Positions 1-15,760 of a stretch of DNA of 43,788 bases are shown piece by piece (position 1 is the first letter of the stretch; every line of letters begins with the position of its first letter). The position numbers and the translations under genes are program-made. Below the pieces are notes generated by a model. The model did not search any database. It had not been told where the DNA came from and worked only from the letters and a program-made list of their open reading frames with translations. Where the stretch lies: contig JBODTK010000112.1 in the NCBI GenBank assembly GCA_050613775.1, positions 496,001 through 539,788 of the forward strand, given 5' to 3'. The DNA is from Neocallimastix sp. 'constans' (Eukaryota).

Positions 1-1583
1 AATAATTAAAATATTTTTAAAAAAAATTGAAGTAAACTTTAATAAATATAAAAAAATATGTTCATGTTTTAAATTAGGTATTACAGAACTAAAAAAGTTT
101 AATGAATAAATTAAAATTTATTGTAACACCTAAATAAATATATAAATTTGGTTATTTTAAATTTTAAATATTTTTATGTACTTCTGATTACACAATAATA
201 TTTAAAAATTATTATTAAATTAAATTATTATTAAATTAAATTGAATTATTATTTAATTAAATTATTAATAAAATATTTTTTTTTAAAAAAAAAAAAAAAA
301 AATAATGGTTAAAAAGTTATAAAAATAGTATGAGATAAGTACTTCCAAAAAGAAGAAAAAAAAGTATATAACTAGATTCTCATTTAAAATCTTTAAAAGT
401 AACATGTTATTAAAAAACAATTGGTTTATTTAAATTTTAAACTTTGTAGCATATATAAAATATTAAAATATGAATGTTAACTTCTTTTAAGAAAAATTAA
501 AGATAAATATTTATTAATTGAAGCAGAATAAATATTCATAAAAAATAATATTTACAAAAAAAAAAAAAAAATTTAAATATTGATTAAGTGATAATGATAA
601 TTTATATTAAACATGATTGATGACTTAATTTATTAATTATAATTTCTATTTAGGCTATTAAAAGTTTTTACATATTCTAATAATAATTATTAATAGATAT
701 TATTTATAAATTGTTAATTTTTAAAATTAATCATATTGTATTGTATTATTTAATTGAAATTTTTATAAAATTAATCAAAAAAAAAAAGTTTTACATAATA
801 ATTATTCTTTTTTGAAACTTAGGTATTAATATATGAATATAAAAAAATAATTGTATGAATATATAGAATGTCCTTTTACTAATAATCTTAAAATATATGT
901 ATATATATATATATATATTAAATAGAATAATTTAATCATTTTTATTGTTTAAGCAATAATAATTTTATTTATTTAGTTAGTTAGTTAGTTAGATATTAAT
1001 TAATTTATTTATTTATTTATTTATTTATTTATTCATTCATTCATTTATATGGTTATGAACTTCTTTATTAATGATTATCATACTTTTGTAAATTATATGA
1101 AATATTATATTATATCTATATTTTCCACAACTAACAATATATTACTTTTCTTATTTATTATTAACTTGCCATTATTATTAATACATTAAAAATATAATAA
1201 TATTTATTCATTTTTGAAATAAATTTATATTAATATATATATAATAAAAATAAGGTATCACAAATATTATTATTAAATATGACATAAAAGTATATATATA
1301 AAAAAGCCGTAAATACATTATATAATTTATTGGTTATTATAATATAAATGAGACGGTACACAAAATATATAGATATAATTAATGTTAAAAAATTTTATAA
1401 TTTTAATTTAAATTATTAAATTTTTATTATTAACAAATAATCATAATTAAGAAATAAATATAAACTATAATAATTATATTATTAATATAATTTATAATTA
1501 CATAGCAAATCCACAAATCACAAAAAATTTATATATATATTCATTTATTAATTAATTTAGTTAGATACAACTTTTAAATGTAT

Positions 1584-1654
<71 letters not shown>

Positions 1655-4600
1655 TTATTTACTGATAATTAAGTATGTACATATTAACCATTAAAAAAAA
1701 ATAATATAAATATTATTTTCCCTGTGTAATCCAAATAAATTGTTAATTATCCACATATAAACAATAATTAATTACTTAAAAAATTTATTTTAAATTTCAG
1801 TAGTTATTTCATTATAGATATTTTTAACAAGTCTTTTCTTAAATACTATAATAATATAAAAATTGAAATATATATTATAAAAAATTCGCCATTGCATTAT
1901 TAAGTTTAATATATTATAAATTTTATTTTAATTATATTTATATGCAATCTATGTTTTACTACTTATAATTTCATATTATAAATATATAAAAAATTGTATT
2001 TATTATAATTTTTACAATAATAATCTTTATAATTACAACTTCTATTTATATTAATATAATTATTATTATTGTTATTATTGTTATTATTATTATTATTAAA
2101 TATTATCATATTATCATTATTTTTATTATTATCATTATGGTTTTATTATTATTATTACTAATATTATTATTATTATTATTATAATTGTTATTATTGTTAT
2201 TATTATTATTATAATTGTTATTATTGTTATTATTATTATTATTATTATAATTCATATTATTATAATTTAATATAATTTTTTTGTTACTTAATTCATTTAA
2301 AAAAAATTTGAATTTGTACCATTAAAAATATATAAAAATGAATAGTATTACATGAACCTATATATCTATAAAACATTCCTTCACAGTGGTAGGAAAAATG
2401 AATAAAATACATAATAATAATAATAATTTATTATATATGTATATTAAAATTAAACATGTGTTTTTTTTAAATAATAGATATCTTTTATTATTATATTTAT
2501 TATTATTATTGTTGTTGTTGTTATAAATTTTTTATAATATAAAATTATATAATTATTTTAACTTTATAATTTCATAAATAATATTATAAAGGATCATCTT
2601 ATAATAAATATATTAATACAATAAATCAAATATTTTATATAATATTGAATTTAATGATATTATTAAGTTGAATTCAATGATATCTAAATATAAAATAATA
2701 GATTAATATATTGAATAAATAAATAGTGTTTAATATCTATAGAACTGATATTTGATATGAATTACATGAAAAATATAAATAAATAAATAACAATATACTC
2801 TAGTACTTGTTATATCATTATCTAAATATAGAAGATATAGATGTATATATCACATCAATATAATAGTTATTAAATTATCTAAGAGTAGAAGTTATAGATA
2901 TATCACTAAGTTAAATTAAGTATTTAAATATTTAGATTAAATTAAAGAAAAATATTTGAAGATAATTATATTTAATAAATATCTAAAGGAGATAATTAAA
3001 AGATAATTATATTTATTAAATATCTAATTTTTTAATACCTTAGAGTTATTTATATAAGAAGATTAGTAGAGCGAAGTTATTAATGATATTATCTAAAGAG
3101 ATAGTTAGACTAAGGCAGTTGATATAGCCTAAATAATATCTATATATATTAACAACTAACAATAATTAGATAACTTCTTATTACTAAAACTTATTAAAAG
3201 AACAAATTTTTATAAATAAAAAACATTAAGTATGATTTTAAAATTAAATATTATTAAATAATATTTTATTATTATTTAAGCTACTCTTACAAAAAGGGTT
3301 TATTTAAATACGCCACATTAGATATAAAACCATGTTTCAAAATGCAATACTCCCTAAGTTTATTACTATTGTATTTCTATCAAAAACTTTTACTTATATT
3401 ATTTTTACATAATTAAAAAAATCTTTTAAAATAAAATACCTTTATATTAATACAAAATAACATTTAAAATAATAATATTAATAATAAAAATTTAAAAATT
3501 AAAGATTTATATATCTAAAAATAATAATAAAAAAAAAATATATTATTTAAATATTCCAAAAAAAAATTTTTTTTCAAATCTTTATAAAAAATAAAATAAT
3601 TTTTAATTTTAATTTTTATATATTTTATATTAATATAATGAATATTTTTTTAAAGTTTCTATATCTTTAAAATATAACTTTAAAATAAATATATAAATAA
3701 AATATTCTTTAAAAATAAAAGTTTCTTTTTAAAACTTTTATTTTATAAATATATAAATAAAATATTTTTTAAAAATAAAAGTTTTAAAAAATAAATATAA
3801 ACTATTTTTTTAACCTTTTTAATATTTCAATTAATTAATTTGTTTAATATGCGTTATATTTCTTGTTAAAATAATCACATTTTATTTTATATTTTTATAT
3901 TATTAATATTATATTTTTATATTCTTATATTATTATCAATATTATATTCTTATATTAATATTTTATTATTATATTTTTATGTTGTGTAACATTTATCTAT
4001 GTGTATTAATTCATAGAATTAATCACATGATTAAAGATGTAATTTTTACTATAAAAAATAATTATTTTTATTATCTTAAAAAAATGAGTTCTTATAATTA
4101 ATAAAATTTATGTATTAAATAAATACAAAAATTAAATAAAGTTTATTATAAAAACACATATACTTTTCTCATTTCTAATGAAAAAATAAAGAACGCCACA
4201 ATTTATAAAATGCCTCAATACAAAATTCAACACACCCAATTTAATATAATAAAATAAAAATAAATATTTAAATAATTAAATAAATAATATTTATTAATTA
4301 TTTATTTAGAGAAAATTTCTTTCAAATAAAAAAATAAATTCTCTTTAATTAAAGGACTATATAATATAATAGAATTATTTCTTAATTAATTATTTTTTAT
4401 TAATAAAATTTTAAAATAGATTAGATTAATTTAATCATAAAAATTTTCTTTTTTTAAAATATTTAAATTAAAAACTTTATTTTATTAAAAGCATTAATTA
4501 ATTATAGTTTAATGTTTAAAAATTTTAGTGCTTTTTTGGTTTGTATTGAATGAATAATTACTATATATATAGCTTTTTTTTTATTTATTTACTATATGTA

Positions 4601-6154
4601 TTAATGTTCATATTTATTATATATTTGATAATAATTTTGTTATAATTTATGCTCTAAAAATATGAAGTAATTTATAAATGTTAAACTAAAATCTTAATTT
4701 TAATTAAATATAGTTTTTTCAAAAATGTTATAATTCATATTATAATAAGTAATATTTCTCAATAAAAATGAAAAAAATACATATGTCGAAACGTATATAC
4801 CTCAATAATTCAATTTTTATTAAAATTTATCTAACTTTCCAACCTTTTTTAAATTTCTTAAATAATTGAAGTTGGATAAATTATTTATATTTTTATATAA
4901 TTTATTGATACAAATCATATATCTAATTTTTTTTTTTTTTTTTTTTATAAAAAAAATAAAAAGTACTACAGTATTACAGAATTAAAGAATTACAGAATAA
5001 ATAAAAAAAGAATTAGTTTATCTTTGATACTAATATTTAATATAAATTAATAAATATTTATTTCAGGAAATAATAATGAGAAAATTTTTATACAAATCAA
5101 TTTATTTCTAAAAAAAAAAAAAAAATTGATTAATGAGAGTTTTTAAATTATCGAATTATTTTATAATGAATAGATATTTCAATTTTATTCCCTTCATGTT
5201 TTTTTATTTTAATATTTTTTCAATTTTTATTTTGAATATATAATTATTAATATTTAATATATTTTATATTGAAATTGTTGTTTTTTTTTAATATTTTATA
5301 CAAATAATATATTATTATATTTTTATTTTAAATTGAGTGTTTTAATTTATTTAAATTATTTAAAATATATGTCAATTAGTTAATAAGATAATAAATAATG
5401 AAAAATCATTCCATAGAATTAATGAACTATATACGCTAAATAATATTAATGTATGAATTACATAATTATTTAATAAATTAATGAAAATTAAAATATAATG
5501 ATTTAATGATATATTATTTGAAATTAATAATAGAAGAATAATAATATGAATATCAATTATTATTTTTTTTATTATTAAATTGAAATAAGATTCAATTAAA
5601 AATTTTTATAATAAAAATTTTATATTTTTAATTTTTAAATATTATATTATATTTCAATCTTATCAAATAATGTTTATTTGAATTAATGAGAAAGGGGTTA
5701 GATGAAAAATAGGATAATGTAATATTTTTTAATTAAATTTAATAAAAAAAACTTTAATAACTTTTTAATTATTTATATATATATATTTTTTATGAAAAAA
5801 CTTTCACTTTATAATAACGATAGTTTTCTTTACTTGTATTTTATATTAAATAATTCAAATAGAACAGATAACATTCAAATTATATATTTTTAATAAGAAA
5901 TATCTTTTTTTTTTTTTTTTTTTTTTTTTTATATTTTCGTAGAATTAAATAACTTTTAATATATAGTAAATTATATGTTGTTTTTTATATATATATAATT
6001 CAATTGATAATTATTTGATAGTTCAATTCCAAATAGAATAAATAGAATATATATATAACAATATTATTAACATTGCAACTTCTAAAAACATAAAATATTA
6101 TAAATAAGTACAATAATATATATCAATATATAATATAACAAATACAGTAATAAA

Positions 6155-7464
6155 ATGGCCAAAACTAAAACAGATATAAAAAAAAGAAATTCTTCTAAAA
6201 AGAAAAAATCTCTAATTAAAAGATTATTTAAAACTGAATCTACTCGTGATGCCATTTTCTTTTTCACAGCTCTTTTTGTTATTCTTCCTGCTGGACTTAT
6301 TTTCCTTTATATATCATTTAATATATATAGGGAAAGAAAGGAATTCGCAAATAAACATAATGTAAATTTATAAATGTTATTAAACATAAAAAAAAAAAAA
6401 AAAAGAGAAAAATAATACTAATAATAGTAATAAAAATTAATAAAAGGAAAAATATAAATAAAAATTAAAAAAAAAAAGTAAAAAAATTAAAAATGAAAAA
6501 AAAAAGACTAAATATTATTCATTATAAAAATATATTAATATTAAAAATCTTTAAATTAAAAAAAAAAAAAAAAAAGTTTATATATACACCAGACATTAGA
6601 GATTTTAAACTTGCTTTAATATTCTTTGCAATAATTTATTTTGTTCGTGTTAACTCTGTTAAATATATTTTTATGAAAAGAGCTGAAAAGACTGTTATAG
6701 ATTTTCCTTCAAAAGAATATAGGCAGAAAAAAGTCTTTAAGGTAATCATTTAAAATAAACTCCACCTATTTATTAAATATATTTCTATTTATTAATTATT
6801 ATTTAATAATATTTAATATATATTAACTTAATTTATTATTAATTATTTATTATTTGCAATATTTATATATTATATTTAAATGTTATATTTTATTTATTTA
6901 TTTTATTTATTTAATTCTTTGTATTTATTTTTTAATATTAACTTTTAATATTGATTTTTTAATTTTTTAAATACGTTTATTTTTATTAAATATTTATTAT
7001 TTATTATTTTCTATTTATTTATTAATTATTCATTATTTAATAATATTTAATATATAAATATATTTTCATTTTTACGTAATATATAATATATATATTTTTT
7101 ACTATTGACTTTTTTTATATCCTTTTTTTTTTTTTTTTTTAAAAAAATAAATAAATAAATTATTTACTAGGCAGCATATGCTAGATTCAGATGTTTATGG
7201 TATATTTTCATTGTATCTGTTGGCTATTATTGTCTTAAAGATGTTGAATGGTTTCCAAGAACTTTAGGAGGTAAAGCTCGCTATAAAGATTTAAACCTAT
7301 TTTGGGATGAATTACCATATCAACCACAGGAAAGAAAAGTTGTAATTTATTATATGATTCAAATTGGTTCAGCTATTTGTACATTTGTACTTAGATTCAA
7401 ACAAAATCATACACGTAATAATTAGTAAGTTAAAAAAAAAATAATAAAATATATATTTAGTTTC

Positions 7465-7495
<31 letters not shown>

Positions 7496-8110
7496 GTTTT
7501 AAAAATATTAAAATAATTTTATATATTGAAATTAAAACAATATATATATATATAGTAACATATAATATTTTTTTTTTTTTTTACATGTCTATATTTCCAC
7601 TTACGTAATTATTGTAGTAGTGAATTGCTTCTTCATGATATGGCTACTATTATGTTATTATCCATGAGTTACTTAAATAATTATCTTCGTATGGGTTCAG
7701 TTGTTCTCTTCCTTCATGATATCTCAGATATTTTCTCATATGGTTGTAAAATTTTTGTTGATACAGTTCATGAATATATTACCTTATTCTTTTATTTTGG
7801 TTTAGTTTCTACATGGTTTTACACTCGTATAATTATTTATCCTTTCGAAATTATTCTTCAATGTTTCACTAATAACATTTGGGCAAGGCCAGAACTTGTA
7901 GGTTATATGATTATTGCTATATGTTTGTCTACTCTTCTTTGTCTTCACATTTATTGGATTATTGTCTTTATTAGTATTGGAACAAAATATCTTCGTACAG
8001 GTGAAGCTGATGATTTACAAGATACAGAAAAAACAGAAGATTATACTCAATCAAAATTATCTACTACAAGGACTAACTTAAAAAAGAAGAAAAATACAAA
8101 ACATCAATAA
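6155..8110 (+). CDS. TLC-domain (Lag1/Lac1 ceramide synthase-like) membrane protein, paralog 1; exons 6155-6361, 6577-6741, 7171-7424, 7618-8110 (~372 aa)
   Basis: GT-AG introns join four exons into one frame. Lag1p-like motif RNNYSELLLHDMATIMLLSMSYLNNYLRMGSVVLFLHDISDIFSYGCK, plus WFYTR and LLCLHIYW. Intron positions and phases are identical in the two neighbouring paralogs. Confidence 0.9.
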
Positions 8111-8145
8111 ATAACATACAAAAAAATAATAATAATAAATATATA

Positions 8146-8176
<31 letters not shown>

Positions 8177-8951
8177 TTTTTTTTTATTTTTTCAAAATAT
8201 ATATATATATATATACATAATTATATATAAACAATATTATTTATTTATATTTAATTAAGAACAAATAATTAAATAAAATCTTCATATTTTATTAATATTT
8301 TTAATATACTATTTAAACTGAAAATAATATCAAATATTTAATTAATTAATATGATATATATTACAATAAACGAAATAAATAAATAAATAAAATTAAAATA
8401 AAAAATAAAAAAATAAAAGAATATATTTTTATATCAATTAAATTATTATTATTAAAAAACAAAAAAATATTTAAAATATTTTACTATATTATTATTATTA
8501 TTATTATTATTATTTGATATTTTATTTATCACGTAAGTTAAGTATAAATTTAATTAATATTATTATCAAAGTAGAAACACAGTTTTTAATTAATTCATGT
8601 ATTAGTAATAATAATATTAAAAAAGTCTTATTAATTTTAGTTAATTTGTAGTAGTATTATTAGTATTAATGTTATTCATAAGGTATTATTATAATTATTT
8701 AAATAATAATTAGGTATTATTAAAATATTTTGTACAATCACTATAAAGTATTATAAAAATTGTAAAGTATAATTAATAATATATCATTAGTATTAGTGGT
8801 ACATGTATTATTAGTATTATATAGAGTGAAATTATTTTTCATAATTATTATTGTTAATAGTATTATATTTTTCTTTGTTTAGTTATTATTGTTAATAGTA
8901 TTATATTTTTCTTTTTTTAGTTAAAGATTATATTTTTCGTTATTATTAATA

Positions 8952-9185
8952 GTATTAAAATTTATTTTATTTTTTATTTTTTATAAATATTAATTATATA
9001 TATTTTAAAAATTATATAATCGTATTAAATTTTATTTTATTTTTATTTTTTATAAATATTAATTATATATATTTTAAAAATTATATAATCGTATTAAAAT
9101 TTATTTTATTTTTTATTTTTTTAATTATATATTTTAAAAATTATATAATCGTATTAAAATTTATTTTATTTTTTATAAATATTAA
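8952..9185. repeat. Tandem repeat, ~60-70 bp unit, ~3.5 copies
   Basis: Unit gtattaaa(a/t)tttattttatt...ttaaaaattata(ta)taatc starts at 8952, 9022, 9091 and 9151. Confidence 0.85.
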
Positions 9186-10342
9186 TGGAACAAATATAAT
9201 TTTAAAAGGTTTAATATATTATACTATTATTATTAATATATTATGAAATTTATCATTAATAAATATATTCAAGTAAACAGAATGAATAAATTTAGCAAAT
9301 AGAATTGATTCATCAATTACTATAAATAGTAATTTTTAATATTCAATATCACTTTTTTTTTTTTGTTTTGAATAATACTATAATATATGAGAAATAATTT
9401 AAATAATTTATTTTTAATTGATATAATTTATTTGTTAATATATTAACAGATTGGAATATTTTGAAGATAGGTGATACAAAGAATAAAAAAAAAATTTTAT
9501 TTTATTTTTATATCTAAATATTATGATGAAATACAAATATATATATAAAAAAAAAAAGTTTCATATGATAAATGGTAGCTTTTCAATTATTATTTTTTAA
9601 AAAATAAAATAAAATAATAATTATAAATAATAATAATATGTAACAAACTAAATTAAATTAAAATTTTAATATAATATGTCTTTTGAATAATTTTTAACTT
9701 TATTAATTTTTTTTTATTTTTTTTTAAATGTGTTTAAATAGTAGAAATTTTTAAATATTCAAGAAAAAAAAAAAAGTTCATATTCATAAACAATATCTAA
9801 ATTTAATTAAATTTCAATTGCTCATAGTTAATATATTATTTTCTAATACTAATAATAATAAAATAGATTTTGTTATTACTATTATTATTATTTTTAATAA
9901 AATATGGAATTTATCAATAAGCCTTTCTATTATTAATGACTATTATTTTTAATTTCAATTTTAATTCAGTTTTTATTATTATTTTATTATATTATTTCAT
10001 AAAATATTAAAAAATTAATTTTTTTAATTATTAATATAAATTTTATTTATTTTATTTTATTCTATTGTATATATGTATATATATATTTTTTATTTTTATT
10101 TTTTTCGTTATTGTTTTAAATTATTTTTTTTTTTATTTTTGTTATATAAAATTTTATAAATTTAGATATATTTAATAATTGTATAGAAAATTATATAATT
10201 TTTTTTTTTAAAAAAAAAAAGCAAATTTTAAATCGTTTTGTTTTTTTAAAAAAATAGTTTTTATATATCTTATAAATAAAAATTACATAATAAATAAATA
10301 ATTAAAAAACAAACAAATATTTTATTTATTTTTTGTAAATAT

Positions 10343-10379
<37 letters not shown>

Positions 10380-10459
10380 AAATAAGTTATATTCAATAAA
10401 TTATTAATAAATTATTCTTTAAATTAAATAAAATTAATTTGAAATTTAGGTCAATTAAA

Positions 10460-12139
10460 ATGGTTAAAGCAAAAACTAATAAAAGCATAAAAGATATTAA
10501 AGAAGATAATACTGTTATTAGACGTTTAATGAAAACGAATTCTACTCGTGATGGTATTTTCCTTTTTATGGCCCTTTTTGTCATTTTACCAATAGGAATC
10601 ATGTTCATTCTTGTATCCTATAACATATATAAAGAACGTAAAAATTTCGTAAAAACCCATGAAGGTGTAAGTATATAAATATATATATAGTTAAAAAAAA
10701 AAAAAAAAACATATTTTAAATGATATATTATTATTGAAAATGAAAGAAAAAAAAAAATTAGAATAAAATAAAATGGTCTAAAGTTTAAATATTAATAATT
10801 TGCTATTAATTTGTTCTTACTTTATATATATGTGGTAGTTCGAATACACACCAGAAATTAAAGATTTTGGAATTGGAATTTTATCTTGTATCATTATATA
10901 TTTAATTCGTGTTAATTCTATTAAATATATTTTCGATAGTAGAGCTAAAAAAACAGTTAACTATTTCCCTTCTGAGGAATTAAGAAAGAAAAAAATCGAA
11001 AAGGTATGTTTCATACCATAAATTACATAAATTTGTTATTATATTTGTTTAATATAAAAAAAAAAAAAAAAAAAATAAGCATTTTTACTTCATATATGAA
11101 CAAAAATTAAATAAAATATTTATTTTAAAATATATTATTAAATAAAATTAAAAAAAAAAAAAATTCTAATTAAAGGCTTCTTTTGCTAGATTCAGAACAT
11201 TATGGTACATTTTTATCACTATCGTCGGTTACTATTGTCTTAAAGATGTTGAATGGCTTCCAAAAACTTTAGGTGGTAAAGCTCGTTATGAAGATTTAAG
11301 TTTATTCTGGGAAGGTCTTCCATATCAACCACAAGAAAGAAAAATTATTGTCTATTACATGATACAATTTGGTTCAGCTTTATGTACTTTTATTCTTCAA
11401 TTTAAACAAAATCGTACCCGTAACAGTTAGTAAGTATAAATATAAATATTATTAATTTTTAGAAAATAAATTTTTTATTATAATAATAAATATTCTTTTC
11501 TAATTACTATTATTATTATTGTTGTTGATGTTACTACTACTACTACTATTATTATTATTATTATTCATTTATTAATAATATTTATTATTATTATTTATTA
11601 TTATTAATTTTATTTAATTATCAATTAAATTAAATAATAATTATTTCTTTAGTGGTGAATTCCTTCTTCATGATATGGCTACTTTAATGCTCTTAGTTAT
11701 TAGTTTCTTAAATAATTATATTCGTATGGGTGCTGTTGTTCTTTTCCTTCATGATATTTCAGATATTTTCTCATATGGTTGTAAGATTTTCGTTGATACC
11801 AAACATATTAAGACTACTTTATTCTTCTATGTTAATTTAGTTATTACTTGGTTTTGGACTCGTTTATACGTTTTCCCATTCCAAGTTATTCTTCAATGTT
11901 TCACTAACAATATTTGGGCTCGTCCAGAACTTGTTGGCTATATGATTATTGCTATTTGTTTAGGTACACTTCTTTGTCTTCACGTTTATTGGATTGTTCT
12001 TATCTTAGGTATTGGTGTTAAATTCCTCCGCACCGGTGAAGCTGATGATATGCAAGATGCTGAAAAAACCGAAGACTTTTCAAAATCAAAATTTTCAGCT
12101 AATAGAACTGTTGACATTACAAGTAAGAAAGAAGAATAA
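10460..12139 (+). CDS. TLC-domain (Lag1/Lac1-like) protein, paralog 2; exons 10460-10666, 10839-11003, 11176-11429, 11653-12139 (~370 aa)
   Basis: First three exons are 207/165/254 nt, as in paralog 1. Canonical gtaagt/gtatgt donors. Motif RNSYGEFLLHDMATLMLL...LFLHDISDIFSYGCK. Confidence 0.9.
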
Positions 12140-12555
12140 ATTTAAATGAAAAATAGACCTAATGTATACAAAACAGAAACAAAAACAAAAACAATAATAA
12201 AAAAAAAAAAAATAGAAATCATAAAATCATTATAATTAGAACATATACACATATACACATATACACATATATTATAGATTAAATTAAATTAAAAAAAAAA
12301 ATAATAATAATAATTATAATATGTTCCATTTCTTTTTATTTTTGAAATAAAATAATTATATATATTTTATGATTAAAATATGTAATACTATCTTTATCCA
12401 TAATTAACCATATTTTAAAACAAAATAATATATATATATATAAATAAAAGTAATAAAATAATAATAAAAAAAAAATATAAACATAATTATTTTTCGTTAT
12501 TAGATATTTATGAAAAACTTGGATAATTTAATATTTTTTGATATTATTAATTAAT

Positions 12556-12600
12556 AATGGCAGTTATTTCAATATAAAATTTTATATTTAAATAACTGCC

Positions 12601-12603
<3 letters not shown>
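12556..12603. repeat. 48 bp near-perfect palindrome
   Basis: aatggcagttattt-c-aatataaaa|ttttatatt-t-aaataactgccatt, with one mismatched pair. Confidence 0.9.
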
Positions 12604-12652
<49 letters not shown>

Positions 12653-13058
12653 TAATTTCTATATTTTAAACAAGGTTATTTTTTTCATTTTTTATTTTTT
12701 AATTTTTTTTTTTTTTTTTTCATAATATTGTTTTTTTTTAAATTAAAATCATATGTCAAATTCTTTCAAAAAAAAAAAAAGTTTGTCCTTTTTTTTTTTT
12801 TAAATTTTAATATTTAAAGTTTATAATATTTTAATAATATTTTATTTTTTAATATTTTAAATATAAATATGTTGTATTATTATACAACATATATATATTT
12901 AAATAATAAATTATATTAAGTTTAAGTTTATTTTTTAAATTTTAAAAAATTTATTAAAATTTTTATTGTTAAATACATTTATTTTAATATCCATTTCATT
13001 ATTTCATTAGAAATATATATCAGAATAGGTTATAATTATATGACATAGTTTTTATAAC

Positions 13059-13103
<45 letters not shown>

Positions 13104-14262
13104 TGTTTGTTTCTCTCTGTTTTTTGTTTCTGCTTTGTTAAATAATTGTTATTACATATTAATTTATAAGGTCTACATGATAATTTCTTTTAAATTTTTA
13201 TTAATTTTGTAATAAAAATTTATGTTTTTACATAAAAATCATAAATCATAAATAAAATAATAATTCATAAATAAAGAATAAAAAATAGAAAATAAATAAT
13301 ATTGATATTTTTATTATTAACTATTATTATTGTTATTATAAAAATAAACTAATTATGCACATATATCTTTCAAAAAATATTTGAAATAAAATTTCTATAT
13401 TTTATTTTTATGAAAACATATATTATTTAAATTAGTTATAAAATAAATATTTCAAAATAAAAAAAAAATAATTATTTTATATGGTTAATAACCACACAAA
13501 ATATTATTAATTATATAAATTATATAAATATTTTATAATATTATAAATATTTTATAGTATTATTTTGATGTATCAATTTCTTCTTTTTTTTTTTTTGTGG
13601 ATTTTGTATATTATATATTAAAAAAAAAAAAAAATTTTTTTCATATAAATAGTTTTTTTGTAAATATTGTTTTAAATGTTAAAAAAATAAGATTCTGAAA
13701 GTTTGAATAATATACAAACATATATATAATATAATATATTTTAATATAATTAATATAATAATTAATATATAAAAATTAAATATGATTATTATTATTCAAA
13801 AATATCATTTAATATAATATAGTTCTGTAATAATAAATAATATTACATAATATAATGCATAATGTATATACATTTTATTTTTCGTATACAAGATATTTTA
13901 TAAATAATTATATAGATTTTTCCCAATTATAATAAATATTAAATAAATAAATAAATACTATTAATAAATAAATAATAAATAATCATTAATGAATTATAAA
14001 TAAAAAAAAAATTATAAAAACTTAATCATATATCATAAAAATTATTTGCTTGTATGTATGATAAATTTATATAAATATTTTTTATAAATTAATTAAAAAT
14101 ATTAAAACAATATCAAGAATTTTTTTTTTTTTTCTATTTTTATTTTTTATTTTTATTTTTTCACAATAAATTTCTATTTATTGAAATATATATATAAAGC
14201 ATTTTATTATTGTTTAATTATAATTATCAAATAGGATTATATATTAAGAGTAAAATAATAAA

Positions 14263-14585
14263 ATGGCAAATACTAAAACTGATAAAAAAAAGGAAAAACT
14301 TTCGAAGAATGAAAAATATACAATAAAACGTATCATGAGAACGAATTCTACTCGTGATGCGATTTTCTTATCTACAGCACTCTTTCTCATTCTTCCTGTT
14401 GGTCTTGTATTCATTTTTATATCATATAACATTTATAGAGAACGTAAAGAATTTGTTGCCAAATACCCTCTTGTAAGTATGACTAAAAAAAAAAATATAT
14501 AAATTTTATTAAAGTCAAAATAGTATAGATTAATTACAATTATTATATTTAAAAATTAAAATTTATTATTCTTTTTTTTTTTTTT

Positions 14586-14616
<31 letters not shown>

Positions 14617-15180
14617 TTTTATTTTTAATATATATACATATTTATTAATAATATTAAACTGATTAACAATTTTATGATTATTATATTTATATAATATTTA
14701 TATATACTTTTTATAATATAAAATATTTTGTATTGTTATTAATATTGTTTTATTATATACTTTTTTATATGCTTTTTACACTTTTGACTAATTAAATTCA
14801 ATTATATAATATATATATTTATTTGGATAAAATATAAAATAAAATAAAAAAAAAGTTTGAATATACACCAGATATTAAAGATTTTGGACTCGGTATTTTA
14901 TCATGTATTATAATATACTTAATTCGTGTTAATTCCATTAAATACATATTTACAAGTAGAGCAGAAAAAACAGTTATTGAATTTCCATCAAAAGAATTAA
15001 GACAAAAAAAAATTGAAAAGGTTATTCATCCAAAATATCATGAATAAAGTTTGTTTAGTACTAGAATGATATATAATTATTAATATATATAAGACATTTT
15101 AAATTTCAATTTAGTATTTTTAATAAATTATTATTATTATTATTATTTTTTTTTTTTTTTGTTTTTTAATCATTGTTTCT

Positions 15181-15213
<33 letters not shown>

Positions 15214-15722
15214 TATTATTTTATTCAATTTAATTTTATTTTTTACTATTATCATTATATATATATAAATTTAAATTCAATATTAAATCATATTCAGGCT
15301 GCATTTGCTAGATTTAGATCATTATGGTATCTTGCTATAACTATTATTGGTTATTATTGTCTTAAAGATGTTGAATATCTTCCAAGAACTTTGGGTGGTA
15401 AAGCTCGTTTCGAAGACTTAAACTTATTTTGGGATGGACTTCCATATCAACCACAAGATAGAAAAGTTGTTGTCTATTATATGATCCAATTTGGTTCAGC
15501 TTTATGTACTTTTATTCTTCAATTCAAACAAAATCGTACTCGTAATAGTTAGTAAGTATATATATATATAAAGATTCTTTATATAAAATAAGATGTTTTG
15601 ATTTATTTTTATAATTATTTAAATATTTATTCTAATAAATATGATATAATATATATTAATACTAATTAAAATATATGTGTGTTTTCTTTATATATTAATT
15701 ATTTTAATTTTTATTCTAAACT

Positions 15723-15760
<38 letters not shown>

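Noticed and set aside
6082..14432. Three similar minus-strand ORFs (6082, 10393, 14244) as a small gene family
   Set aside because: They are antisense shadows of exon 1 of the three TLC paralogs.
6155..14502. Small TM ORFs 6155, 10439 and 14263 as stand-alone accessory subunits upstream of each synthase
   Set aside because: Each has a phase-0 GT donor before its stop and splices in frame to the next exon, so they are first exons.
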